Source: a virus
DNA: 35,719 nt
UHGV virus genome: UHGV-0071189
Reading direction: 5' to 3' (one strand)
Both the position numbers and the translations under genes were made by a program. The stretch's first letter is position 1. The number at the start of each line of letters is the position of its first letter. Below, piece after piece: positions 1 through 9,261 of this stretch. The notes below the pieces were generated by a model. The model searched no databases. It worked only from the letters and a program-made list of their open reading frames with translations, and was not told the origin of the DNA.

Positions 1-30
1 CAAAGACGAGTAATCTGATCTAACTAAAAA

Positions 31-55
31 GGCCGCTCTGCGGCCTTTTTTCTTT
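31..55. repeat. attL core: 25-bp direct repeat GGCCGCTCTGCGGCCTTTTTTCTTT (contains terminator-like hairpin GGCCGC-TCTG-GCGGCC + T-run)
   Basis: Exact copy at 35665..35689; hairpin plus T-tract seen directly. Confidence 0.7.
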
Positions 56-190
56 CAATAACCAATTGATTTATAATGTTTTATATCTCTTCGTTCCACG
101 ATGTGTCCACATTTAGTGGGGGGAGGGGAGTAAGCCCGCTACATTGTGGGCTTTGTCTTATAGTCTGATCACTGTTTCAAGTCGGTGAGG

Positions 191-230
191 ACACCAAAAA
201 GAAAACCCGCAGTTTTTATGCTGCGGGTTT
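191..230 (-). terminator. Rho-independent terminator (stem 203..212/221..230, T-rich tract on minus strand) ending the hok transcript
   Basis: 10-bp perfect stem AAACCCGCAG/CTGCGGGTTT followed on minus strand by TTCTTTTTGGTGT. Confidence 0.5.
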
Positions 231-314
231 GTTTCATGTCTGTGAGATAGAGTGCCTTATCGACCTTACCCTGGCAACCGATTGACGGGGGATTGCTCCC
301 CCGTCGCGGTTTCC

Positions 315-455
315 TTACTGCTTACACTGTAAGAACGCCGCAAACTCCGCTCCCCAGAAGCTCATCCGTATTTCGCACAGTGAACCGTGCAGCATCCAGA
401 TGATGAGGATTGCCGTCACGCAGAACGTGATGGCCGTAAGCGATTTTTGCGACAT
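315..455 (-). CDS. hok: Hok/Gef-family type I toxin (46 aa, MSQKSLTAITFCVTAILIIWMLHGSLCEIRMSFWGAEFAAFLQCKQ)
   Basis: Own translation of minus strand; single TM segment followed by SLCEIR...E.AAFL.C signature of Hok proteins; GGAG 8 nt upstream of ATG; too short for the supplied ORF track. Confidence 0.7.
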   Translation of the reverse strand: MSQKSLTAITFCVTAILIIWMLHGSLCEIRMSFWGAEFAAFLQCKQ

Positions 456-585
456 AGCACTTGCTCCTTTTCCGGAGAGGCGCTAACCTTTCACTTGTCA
501 AGGTAATGCGGTTAGGGCCTCGGTTAAACAGAGATGTTTTCCGGGGCCTTTCCACATCTGGCCTTCGGGTATTCCCTCCGACCAT
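322..585 (-). CDS. mok-like overlapping reading frame (modulator of hok translation), tentative
   Basis: 87-aa ORF in another frame fully overlapping hok, as in hok/mok/sok loci; no independent sequence support. Confidence 0.3.
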   Translation of the reverse strand: MVGGNTRRPDVERPRKTSLFNRGPNRITLTSERLAPLRKRSKCYVAKIAYGHHVLRDGNPHHLDAARFTVRNTDELLGSGVCGVLTV

Positions 586-645
586 CAGCCGAAAGGCACC
601 CGCGCGTAATCTATCGCTTTTTTGTTAATCCGGCAATTCTGCCTG

Positions 646-906
646 TTAGTTCTGAGGTAAAGGCAAACTCATCTGATTGTTTCCCCTGTGTGAAGCTGGC
701 AGCTCATGCCACGGGATACCTTCTGAAGAGTGAACGGCGGAGGCGTGTTTTGATGTGAATTTATGGAAGGCTTCCAGTGTTGAGAAGCATACGCCGCATT
801 CCAGGTTGTTACACTGGTAATACTTTTGCCGCACGGTGTTTGAGTCATTTTCCGGACGACTTGTGCGGATACGGGCAGATGCGCCACAAAGCGGACAACG
901 GAACAT
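646..906 (-). CDS. ogr: Ogr/Delta-family zinc-finger late gene transcription activator
   Basis: N-terminus MFRCPLCG...YYQCNNLECG matches Ogr C-x2-C...C-x4-C zinc finger; position next to att as in P2. Confidence 0.8.
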   Translation of the reverse strand: MFRCPLCGASARIRTSRPENDSNTVRQKYYQCNNLECGVCFSTLEAFHKFTSKHASAVHSSEGIPWHELPASHRGNNQMSLPLPQN

Positions 907-1138
907 AGAGACCTCCCTTAACGTGGTGCTTCTGTTATTTTAAGTTCTACTAGCTCCGATTCCAACTGACTAAACCGCTTTGAGTTGAGGGGCTGACATT
1001 CTTATTATTCGCTTATCAAAGAATAGCTAGTCAAACCTGATACATTAAAATCAGCACGTTATTTTGATTGTGTGATATCATAACATTATGTTATTAATGC
1101 GTTAAATTGGGATATCTAATTCAGATTGTGAGGTATTT

Positions 1139-2308
1139 ATGGGAAAGAATAGTCAACGTAGGCGAGATAATAAAATTAAGCGAGAAAATGAGAAAAAAAG
1201 AAACTTAGCGGCAAAGATAAATAAAATGTTGTATATAAAGCCTGATATATTTTTTGATGAATCAGGTAATACTGGCGGAAATTTACTCGATCCATTGCAA
1301 CCTGTTTTTACCTTAAGTTCAAGTAGTATTAGTAAACAGGATGCGCTTAAGGCATTAGAACTAACCGGAAGCAAGTCTCCAACAGAAGCCCACTTTAAAA
1401 CTCTTAGACGTAGAAAATCTGGTCAGGATGGCATCATTAGGCTTCTTGAAAGCAAATATGTCAATGAAGAGAATGTTAAAATATACTTGGTCGATAAAAA
1501 ATACATGCTAACAGCAAAGATTGTTGATATTTTGATCGAGACGTGGTGCTCTAATAGAGGAATAGATCTTTATATAAATGGACAGAATCTAGCTCTGTCT
1601 AATGTTTACTATTTCTGTTTCCCTGCTTTCTGTGGGGAGGAAAAAACAGAGGTAATGTATCAGTGTTTTATGAATATGATCAGAAGCCAATCGACTGAGT
1701 CAATTGATGAATTTTACAGGGTAATTGATGAGTTAAAGATATGCTCAAGTGATAAGATATTCACAGATATAATAAACAGAATTAGTATTACCAGAAGCGA
1801 TATTGATGATATATTGGAAGGTGTTGAGAAAAGCACATTAGATCCATCTATACCAAGCCTCTTTAGACACTGTGTAGAATGGGGTAAATTATACCCTAAT
1901 GGTTTTTATATTAAGCATGACGATTCCAAAGCTATTACAGAGAAGAAAGATATTTTTGATAAATTTATGGATATATCAAAAATTACGGAGGCATATGGTT
2001 ATGATCGAAGAAAATTTGAATTGCCAATTAAAGCTCGTTCTTTGACATTCCATTCATCACAAGAGTATCCTCAATTACAAATTGTAGATATAGTAGCAAG
2101 TGCGGCTGCTTATTATGTTAACTGTCTAAAAAGAAATGACTTAGAAGATTATCTCTTTAAAGAACTTCAAAGAATAAAAATAGATAACTATTTTAAAAAT
2201 ATGGCCATTTGGCCTACAACATATGTTACACCTCAAGAATTAGGCACAATTTATACTGGTGGGCGAAACCCTGCAGATGGAGTCGCTGATTATCTTTCTC
2301 AATATTAG
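1139..2308 (+). CDS. AT-rich cargo protein, 389 aa, tentatively DUF3800-like with possible RNase H-like fold; moron between ogr and D
   Basis: N-terminal IFFDESGNTG and C-terminal QLQIVDIVASAA match the DE and QxxD motifs I recall for DUF3800; strongly AT-rich versus backbone; GAGGT RBS; opposite strand to flanking phage genes. Confidence 0.45.
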   Translation: MGKNSQRRRDNKIKRENEKKRNLAAKINKMLYIKPDIFFDESGNTGGNLLDPLQPVFTLSSSSISKQDALKALELTGSKSPTEAHFKTLRRRKSGQDGIIRLLESKYVNEENVKIYLVDKKYMLTAKIVDILIETWCSNRGIDLYINGQNLALSNVYYFCFPAFCGEEKTEVMYQCFMNMIRSQSTESIDEFYRVIDELKICSSDKIFTDIINRISITRSDIDDILEGVEKSTLDPSIPSLFRHCVEWGKLYPNGFYIKHDDSKAITEKKDIFDKFMDISKITEAYGYDRRKFELPIKARSLTFHSSQEYPQLQIVDIVASAAAYYVNCLKRNDLEDYLFKELQRIKIDNYFKNMAIWPTTYVTPQELGTIYTGGRNPADGVADYLSQY

Positions 2309-2330
2309 TAACTGGAGTTTTAATTAATAT

Positions 2331-2350
2331 GGCCGCGTTAGCGGCCTTTC
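2331..2350. terminator. Bidirectional terminator hairpin GGCCGC-GTTA-GCGGCC + TTTC between the cargo gene and D
   Basis: Perfect 6-bp GC stem, 4-nt loop, flanked by A/T-rich sequence; lies between convergent genes. Confidence 0.5.
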
Positions 2351-2399
2351 TAACTATGTTTATTGCTAGTACATATCTGAACTAATACATTTAAGACAT

Positions 2400-3509
2400 T
2401 CACGCTGTTTCTGCTATCCATTCCGGGATTTTTGCCTCAAGCTCAAGCTGCGTGGTAAAGCCGCTGTTATCAATGGTGTGCTCGGCTTTTGCAATAATCC
2501 AGTCCTGATTGTCGATGTCACTTTTGAAGCCTGTCACCGTGCCATGCATTTCGGGATAGAGTTCTGCACGTCCACGCGCCAGCGTGATGGAGAATGATGC
2601 GGCTCCGCGTTGTAGTTGCTGCCACTTTGCCGCCGCTGCGCGTCTTGCTGCCTGCTCGTTCTGATAAGTCTTGCGTAACACAAACACATTGCCTTCCGCG
2701 CCTTCCATATAATCACCTTCACGGCTGCTGCTTTTCTCCTTTTTGGGTTTTGGCGGTTTACGGCGTTTCACGCTGACTTTTTTCTTTTTCCCGTAATTAA
2801 GATCAAGCCAGTAGGCGCGTACCCCCGTATACGCCTCGCGGTCAGCAATACGGAACTGATGGCGATCGCCGCTGCTGCGTGTAATGGCGAACGAGGGCAA
2901 CGGCTGGCCCTGTGCGTTCACGCCACCACCTGGCATGATGAATAACAGATTGCCGCTTTTTACCGTGGTGATTGCGCCCAGCATTTCCGCCATGCGCGTA
3001 AGGAAGGACATATCGCTTTCTTCGGTCTGGTCGGCGTGGTCGATTTCGATATCCATCAGCATTTCGCTGATTTGCGGTTTCAGACCATACCGATGAGCGA
3101 TGGCGGATACCACACGCTCAACGGTCACATCATGCCAGGACACCTCACGTTTAACGTTAAATTCATCCCGAAAATCTGCGCTTCTGGCTGAAACAGTCAG
3201 CCTGTCCGGCGGTCCTTCGTGAGCGATTTCATCAACAATGTAAGTGCCTTTTTCTGTCAGCGGTTCTCCTTTCCAGCCAATGAGAACCGTCAGGCGCGCG
3301 CCCCGTGGCGGTAGCTGCAACTGACCATCCGCATCATCCAGCGTGATGGTGAGCTGGTCCGCCTCAAATCCCCGGTTGTCGGTCAGTGACAGGCTCATCA
3401 GGCGCTCTGCCACGCCTGACAGCGTTTTACCCTCCGCGAGAATATCAAAATCCGGCATTTTCACGGGGTCTGTGCCCTGACTGAGCAATTGCATGGTGCT
3501 GTCGGTCAT
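2400..3509 (-). CDS. D: Tail protein D (gpD, late control/tail hub protein)
   Basis: LSLTDNRGFEADQLTITLDDADGQL matches P2 gpD family; start taken at internal ATG 3509 with GGGAGGGA RBS (ORF track extends to 3641). Confidence 0.8.
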   Translation of the reverse strand: MTDSTMQLLSQGTDPVKMPDFDILAEGKTLSGVAERLMSLSLTDNRGFEADQLTITLDDADGQLQLPPRGARLTVLIGWKGEPLTEKGTYIVDEIAHEGPPDRLTVSARSADFRDEFNVKREVSWHDVTVERVVSAIAHRYGLKPQISEMLMDIEIDHADQTEESDMSFLTRMAEMLGAITTVKSGNLLFIMPGGGVNAQGQPLPSFAITRSSGDRHQFRIADREAYTGVRAYWLDLNYGKKKKVSVKRRKPPKPKKEKSSSREGDYMEGAEGNVFVLRKTYQNEQAARRAAAAKWQQLQRGAASFSITLARGRAELYPEMHGTVTGFKSDIDNQDWIIAKAEHTIDNSGFTTQLELEAKIPEWIAETA

Positions 3510-3666
3510 CTGTTCCCTCCCTGTGCGGCATGGTCGCATGTGCGTGCGGAGGGGGTTACTGCTTTTTGTTGTCGCCGTGGCGGGAGAACGTCGCAGGGGT
3601 GAGATTACGCGCGTGGTGGGTGATGATTGTTGCCGAATCATTTAACGGATACAAGGGGCTGAAGCT

Positions 3667-4851
3667 ATGAGTGAAACTCGTTTTCATGGTGCCCGTGTTA
3701 CGGAAAATACCGACCTGGTAACAGCGATTAACGATGTTGATTCCAGTGTTATCGGTATCGTGGCAACGGCGGATGATGCGGACGCGAAGCTGTTCCCGCT
3801 GAACAAGCCCACACTGCTGACCCGCGTCAATGACGTGCTGGGAAAATGCGGGACAACGGGGACGCTTTATCGTGCGCTTAAGGCCATTGCAGACCAGGTG
3901 AGCACAAAGGTGATCGTCGTTCGCGTGGCTGAACACAAAGAAGAAGACGGAAAGACGCAGGATCAACTGGTTATCGGTGGTTCTGAGGATGACGGCAGCT
4001 ATACGGGGATGTATGCGCTGCTTGTTGCAGAGCAGGATGAAAGCATCGGATACCGTCCGCGTATTCTGGCCGCGCCGGAGCTGGACACGGAGGCTGTAAC
4101 AAAATCCCTGTGCGTGATTGCAGGTAAACTGCGCGCGTTTGTGTATGCCTCATGTTACGGCTGTAACACGATGGCTGAGGCGATTACCTACCGCCAGAAA
4201 TTCAACGAACGTGAGGTGATGCTCTTATGGCCGGACTTCATCGCCTACAACCCGAAAAGTGGCAAAAACGAAACGTTCCCCGCGCCTGCCTATGCGTGCG
4301 GCCTTCGTGCGTACATTGACCATGAGCAGGGATGGCACAAATCATTGTCCAACGTTCCGGTTAAAAATGTGCTGGGGATGTCGAGGCATGTGTTCTGGTC
4401 GTTGCAGGCCGAAGACAGCGATGCCAACAGCCTCAACAACAAAGAAATCACGACCATTATTCGTCGCAACGGGTTCCGCTTCTGGGGCAACCGCACACCG
4501 GAAACGAACGCCTACATCTTTGAGGTGTATACCCGAACCGCACAGGTGCTGGCTGATTCAATTGCGGAAGCGCAGTTTGAAACCATCGACAGTCCACTGA
4601 CGCCTGCGAATGTGAAGGATGTTATCAGTGCCATCAGGGCAAAACTGGATTCGCTGGTTACTGCCGGGAAACTGATTGGTGCGGAGTGCTGGTATGACGT
4701 GGTGGATAACGGCACCACGAATTTACGTCAGGGACGTGTGCGTATTCGCTACAAATATACGCCTGTTCCCCCGCTGGAAGACATGGAGCTTTACCAGACG
4801 TTTACTGATGAATTCTTTGGTCCCGCATTTGCGGTGCTGGGAGGTGCCTGA
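3667..4851 (+). CDS. FI: Tail sheath protein FI
   Basis: FPLNKP, EQGWHKSLSNV, RRNGFRFWGNRT, YTPVPPLE motifs match P2 gpFI; 394 aa. Confidence 0.9.
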   Translation: MSETRFHGARVTENTDLVTAINDVDSSVIGIVATADDADAKLFPLNKPTLLTRVNDVLGKCGTTGTLYRALKAIADQVSTKVIVVRVAEHKEEDGKTQDQLVIGGSEDDGSYTGMYALLVAEQDESIGYRPRILAAPELDTEAVTKSLCVIAGKLRAFVYASCYGCNTMAEAITYRQKFNEREVMLLWPDFIAYNPKSGKNETFPAPAYACGLRAYIDHEQGWHKSLSNVPVKNVLGMSRHVFWSLQAEDSDANSLNNKEITTIIRRNGFRFWGNRTPETNAYIFEVYTRTAQVLADSIAEAQFETIDSPLTPANVKDVISAIRAKLDSLVTAGKLIGAECWYDVVDNGTTNLRQGRVRIRYKYTPVPPLEDMELYQTFTDEFFGPAFAVLGGA

Positions 4852-5363
4852 TGGCTGTACCAAAACATCTTCGCTTTTTTACGTTGTTTGTGGATGGTGA
4901 AAACGAAGTGGGTAAAGTGACATCCGTCACGCCGCCCAAACTGACGCGCAAAACCGACAGCTATCGTGGTGGTGGCATGATGGGGGCGGTAAGTATTGAT
5001 CTCGGTCTGGACGACTCCGCGCTTGATGCGAGTTTTGTCATGGGGGGAGCTGTTCGTGCGCTGTTCCTTAAATATGGCGGCACGATTGACGGCACGCTGC
5101 TGCGTTTTGCGGGTGAATACTACACCGATGCAGAAAGCGATCTGTATGAAATCGAGATGCGTGGGCGTGTGACGGAAATTGATATGGGGGAAGCCAAACA
5201 GGGCGAAGCCACATCACACACTTACGCTGTCAAAAACACCTACTACAAGCTGAGCGTTAACGATCGCCCGCTGTGGGAAATCGACCTGTTGAACCACATC
5301 TACCGGAAGGACGGCAAGGACATTGTGCCTGACCGTATCCGTTCCGCGCTTGGGCTTGGCTGA
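4851..5363 (+). CDS. FII: Tail tube protein FII
   Basis: 170 aa immediately after sheath gene (ATGA-type coupling), size and position of P2 gpFII. Confidence 0.8.
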   Translation: MAVPKHLRFFTLFVDGENEVGKVTSVTPPKLTRKTDSYRGGGMMGAVSIDLGLDDSALDASFVMGGAVRALFLKYGGTIDGTLLRFAGEYYTDAESDLYEIEMRGRVTEIDMGEAKQGEATSHTYAVKNTYYKLSVNDRPLWEIDLLNHIYRKDGKDIVPDRIRSALGLG

Positions 5364-5418
5364 TAAGTAATATGCAGGCTGCGCAGTGCGTCGCCTCTGA
5401 CTGAAAAGGAGACAACTG

Positions 5419-5793
5419 ATGAAAGACATCGATACTGAAACCCGGAATAACACCGTGGCGGATGATGTGACGGCAGGTGAGGATATGACTGTCGAACGTG
5501 GCGTAAAACTGACCCGACCAATTGAGCGTGGTGGCGAAAAAATCACGTATGTGGAGATCACCGGGGCTATTGAGCAGGCTGGATCCCTGCGTGGTCTGTC
5601 GCTGTCTGATGTGCTGAATCTGAAAGCGGATACCATGTTCACGCTGTTGCCTCGCGTGACCTCGCCACGACTGGATGAAGTGATGATTAAAAAAATGTCG
5701 TCACGCGATTTTATTCAGTTGTGCGCTGTGGCTGTAAATTTTATGAGCGAGCCAGACTCTGGCGCGAAGAGCGTGCAGGAGACGGCAGCGTAA
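5419..5793 (+). CDS. E: Tail assembly chaperone E (zero-frame product)
   Basis: GSLRGLSLSDV...LPRVTSP resembles P2 gpE; precedes tape measure gene. Confidence 0.7.
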   Translation: MKDIDTETRNNTVADDVTAGEDMTVERGVKLTRPIERGGEKITYVEITGAIEQAGSLRGLSLSDVLNLKADTMFTLLPRVTSPRLDEVMIKKMSSRDFIQLCAVAVNFMSEPDSGAKSVQETAA

Positions 5794-5957
5794 TCACCCT
5801 GGTGTGCTTTGAGCACATCGAAGATCTGGTGGCGGATATTGCCGCCATTTTTAACTGGTCGCCCGCCGAAATCTTCATGATGACGCCCGGCGAAGTGGTT
5901 AGCTGGCGTGAGCGGGCGGCACTTCGCAGCGGGAATGCAGACAATGAAGACTCTTGA
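5419..5957 (+). CDS. Tail assembly chaperone E+E' made by programmed -1 frameshift (slip at A7 5689..5695 or AAATTTT 5736..5742)
   Basis: -1 frame is open from 5691 and encodes conserved E' C-terminus (VCFEHIEDLV...WRERAALRSGN); two slippery heptamers in the overlap. Confidence 0.55.
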
Positions 5958-8751
5958 CATCCGGGTCGCTTTCAGCGCCGTTGACAGGCTGACCCGGCCT
6001 GCCGAAAACGCCCGCCGCCTGATGGGGCAGTTTGGTGACTCCATCCAGCGAACGCAGGGGGCGATCAAAAATCTCGAGCGTCAGGCGCGTTCATTTGAGC
6101 GCGCCCGTGACGCTGTCAGTAAAGCGGATGCTGGCATATTGAAAGCACGACGCCAGCTTAACGCCCTTAATCAGTTACAACGCACGGGTACAGTGCTCAG
6201 CGAAAAACAACAAAAGCTGATGCAGCAGTTAAGCACCCGGCTTGAACGCCTGAATGAATCGCGCACACGGGAAATTCAGAAAATGCGGGAACTTGGCGGA
6301 GAGCTGAAACGCCACGGCATTTCCCTGACAGGCAGCGATAACACCATCCAGCAGGCCATCAGACGCACCGAACAGTACAACAACCAGCTTGAACGCGAAC
6401 GGCAGGCGCTTGCGCGTGTAACGCGGGCGCGTGAGCGGTATTCGCGCGCGCAGGAAACAGCGGGAAAACTGAAAACAGGTGGTGCGCTGGCAATTGGTGC
6501 GGCAGCGGCGGGCGGCTATGCTGCCGGGCGTTTTTTGCAGCCTGCGATCGGGTTCGGCAAAGAGATGTCCCGCGTTCAGGCACTGACGCGAATCGACAAA
6601 AACAGCCCGCAGTTTAAGGCGCTGCGTGAGCAGGCGTTAAAACTTGGCTCTGAAACACAGTTTACTGCGAGTGATGCCGCCAGTGGGCAGAGCTTTCTGG
6701 CAATGGCTGGGTTTACTCCGCAGGCCATTCAGGCCGCATTGCCCGGTGTTCTTAATATGGCGCTGGCAGGTGGCGTCGAACTCGGCGAGACGGCTGATAT
6801 AGGCTCCAATATCCTCACACAGTTCAACCTGACAGCCGATCAAATGGACCGGGTTGGCGATACGCTGACAGCAGCATTCACCCGGACCAATACTGATTTA
6901 CGCGCGCTGGGCGAAACCATGAAGTATACCGGTCCGGTTGCCGCAAAACTTGGTATCAGTCTTGAAGAAGCGGCGGCCATGGCCGGGATGCTTGCCAATA
7001 ATGGTCTTCGCGGAAGCGATGCTGGTACGGCCATGCGCGCAAGTCTGTCCCGCCTTGCATCACCGCCAAAAGCTGCGGCTGATGCACTGAAAGAGCTGGG
7101 GGTGTCAGTTGCTGACGCCAGAGGCAAAATGCGCCCGATGGAGAATGTGCTGCTTGATCTCTATAAGGCGACACAAAAATACGGACAGGTGGACCAGGTC
7201 TCCTTCTTCAAGGACATCGCCGGAGAAGAGGCGTTCGTTGGTTTGCAGACGCTTGTTGCGGCGGCTGGTTCAGGAGAACTGCAAAAACTGACCAGAGAAT
7301 TGCAGGGGGCAAGGGGAGAGGCCGATCGCGTTGCAAAAGTAATGGCCGATAATCTTGATGGGGACCTGAAAAATCTCGACAGCGCATGGGAAGGTCTTCG
7401 TATTCGCATCAGTGATCTGGTTGACGGTCCGCTGCGTTCTGTCACGCAGTGGCTCACGCGGGTGCTTGAAAAAATCACCTCGCTGGCGCAGGCCCATCCG
7501 GTACTGACGCGCCAGCTACTGATAGCAGGCAGTGCGTTGCTGGCAATGACTGCAACGATTGGCTCGTTGTCGCTGGTTATTGGGGTGCTTTACGGGAAGC
7601 TGGCCACCCTGCGTCTTGGTTTCGACATTCTTACCCGGTCAATGAATGTCATCAGGGTGTTGCCTGCGCTGTGGGGAATGGTGACGGGTTCTGTTTCTTT
7701 GCTGGGAGGCGCTATCGGGGCGCTGTTCAGTCCGGTTGGTCTTATCGTGGCTGCGCTTGCCGGAGCTGCCGTTCTTATCTGGAAATACTGGGATCCCATC
7801 AGGGTATTTTTTGCCGGGGTGTTCAGCGGGATTATGGAAAGGCTGACCCCGTTGCGCGAAACCTTTGAACGGTTTGGTCCTGTTTTTGACGCAATCGGAA
7901 GCGGGATCAGCCAGGTGTTTAACTGGTTTAAATCGCTGCTGTCACCGATGGAGTCCAGCAAGGAAACGCTGGATAAATGTACCAGTGCTGGCGAGATATT
8001 CGGTAACGTTCTTGGCGGTGCGTTACAACTTGTTCTGACACCTGCAAAAATGCTACTGGATACGCTGGCGTGGATACTTGAAAAACTCGGTGTCCTTCCG
8101 GATGAAGCGGAAAGGGCGCGCAAGAAAATCGAAGACGCACAGCGTGCGGCCATTCTTCAGGACAAGGTTGCCTTGCTTCAGGGGGACCTGGCGAAAATCA
8201 ATCCGCCGAAGCCTGTGGAAAATGGCAATGGCACCGGAGGTGATAAACCCAAAGACAACAAACCGCTCACAGACAGCAATACCGGGACGCTACGCAGACT
8301 CAGCAAAATTGCTGATAACACAGGTAAGCTGGTTGATGAGACGAAAAAACGCATTGGCCCCGGCGATATTGTCTTTAAGAACCTGCCCCGCGCACTTGCT
8401 GTTCGTGGGGAGTGGCAGGAGCGGAAGATTGCGCAGGTCAGTAAGCCTGCCCCCGCAATTAATATCACACCCGTGGTCCCGGCTCCGCTGCTTCCGGCGC
8501 TGGTCCCTGTTGTTGCGGCCAGCTCCCGCCCGGTGGCGGAGGCCATACGATCGCCAGTGGCATCAGTTCCTGTAACTTCCCGTAACCGGGAGCCTGTTGC
8601 CTCCGGATTTGGTGGTGAAATTCATGTTCATCTGCATAACGTTGTTACGCAGAATCCCCGCGAACTGGCGAAACTGGTCGGTGAAATGGTCAGGGCAGAA
8701 ATGGAACGGCGCGCCCGTGCCGGGCGTGGCAGTTTTTACGATAAAGATTGA
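5908..8751 (+). CDS. T: Tail tape measure protein T
   Basis: 947-aa protein with coiled-coil N-terminus and Gly/Ala-rich hydrophobic central region, directly after E/E'; GTG start in track, true start may be ATG at 5935 or 5944. Confidence 0.85.
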   Translation: MSGRHFAAGMQTMKTLDIRVAFSAVDRLTRPAENARRLMGQFGDSIQRTQGAIKNLERQARSFERARDAVSKADAGILKARRQLNALNQLQRTGTVLSEKQQKLMQQLSTRLERLNESRTREIQKMRELGGELKRHGISLTGSDNTIQQAIRRTEQYNNQLERERQALARVTRARERYSRAQETAGKLKTGGALAIGAAAAGGYAAGRFLQPAIGFGKEMSRVQALTRIDKNSPQFKALREQALKLGSETQFTASDAASGQSFLAMAGFTPQAIQAALPGVLNMALAGGVELGETADIGSNILTQFNLTADQMDRVGDTLTAAFTRTNTDLRALGETMKYTGPVAAKLGISLEEAAAMAGMLANNGLRGSDAGTAMRASLSRLASPPKAAADALKELGVSVADARGKMRPMENVLLDLYKATQKYGQVDQVSFFKDIAGEEAFVGLQTLVAAAGSGELQKLTRELQGARGEADRVAKVMADNLDGDLKNLDSAWEGLRIRISDLVDGPLRSVTQWLTRVLEKITSLAQAHPVLTRQLLIAGSALLAMTATIGSLSLVIGVLYGKLATLRLGFDILTRSMNVIRVLPALWGMVTGSVSLLGGAIGALFSPVGLIVAALAGAAVLIWKYWDPIRVFFAGVFSGIMERLTPLRETFERFGPVFDAIGSGISQVFNWFKSLLSPMESSKETLDKCTSAGEIFGNVLGGALQLVLTPAKMLLDTLAWILEKLGVLPDEAERARKKIEDAQRAAILQDKVALLQGDLAKINPPKPVENGNGTGGDKPKDNKPLTDSNTGTLRRLSKIADNTGKLVDETKKRIGPGDIVFKNLPRALAVRGEWQERKIAQVSKPAPAINITPVVPAPLLPALVPVVAASSRPVAEAIRSPVASVPVTSRNREPVASGFGGEIHVHLHNVVTQNPRELAKLVGEMVRAEMERRARAGRGSFYDKD

Positions 8752-8757
8752 GGAGTC

Positions 8758-9252
8758 ATGGCTATGATGATGATCTACGGCATGTTTGTTTTTGAGCTGC
8801 GCACGCTGCCGCATCAGCAGTTACAGCAAAACAAAAGCTGGCGGCATGTAAAAAATGAACGCGTTAACCGTTCAGCAAGCTGGCAGTATATCGGTGCAGG
8901 TGATGATCGCATCGTTCTTTCTGGTGTGCTTTATCCTGAAATTACAGGTGGCGAAGTGTCGCTGTCGCTGCTGACCACGCAGGCGTATACAGGACGACCC
9001 TGGCCTTTGATTGATGGTGTCGGGCAGATTTACGGCATGTATGTCCTGACCGGAACGAATACGACCCGTTCCGAGTTTGATCGCTACGGTAAGGCGAAAA
9101 AGATAGAATTTTCACTGACTCTTGAACGCTGTGATGAGGATTTGCGGGAGCGCCTGCAATCCTCATCGTTCAGTGATATGCTGTCCGGCTTCAAAGATAA
9201 GGTGACATCATCTCTTAACAGCGCGGCCAGTTCAGTTAAAGGGCTGTTCTGA
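8758..9252 (+). CDS. U: Tail protein U
   Basis: N-terminus MMMIYGMFVFELRTLPHQQLQ...WRH...VLYPEITGG matches P2 gpU; GAGGAG RBS. Confidence 0.8.
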   Translation: MAMMMIYGMFVFELRTLPHQQLQQNKSWRHVKNERVNRSASWQYIGAGDDRIVLSGVLYPEITGGEVSLSLLTTQAYTGRPWPLIDGVGQIYGMYVLTGTNTTRSEFDRYGKAKKIEFSLTLERCDEDLRERLQSSSFSDMLSGFKDKVTSSLNSAASSVKGLF

Positions 9253-9261
9253 TTTAACACA

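Noticed and set aside
669-887. 72-aa ORF in an alternative frame overlapping ogr
   Set aside because: The other frame (646..906) carries the clear Ogr zinc-finger motif; this frame has none
3510-3666. Searched the divergent D/FI intergenic region for a canonical TGT-N12-ACA Ogr-type late promoter dyad
   Set aside because: No exact match found by eye, so no promoter is annotated here; imperfect sites cannot be excluded without a scored search
7590-8546. Minus-strand ORFs of 187 aa and 122 aa
   Set aside because: Antisense within the tape measure gene T; no start context; compositionally biased
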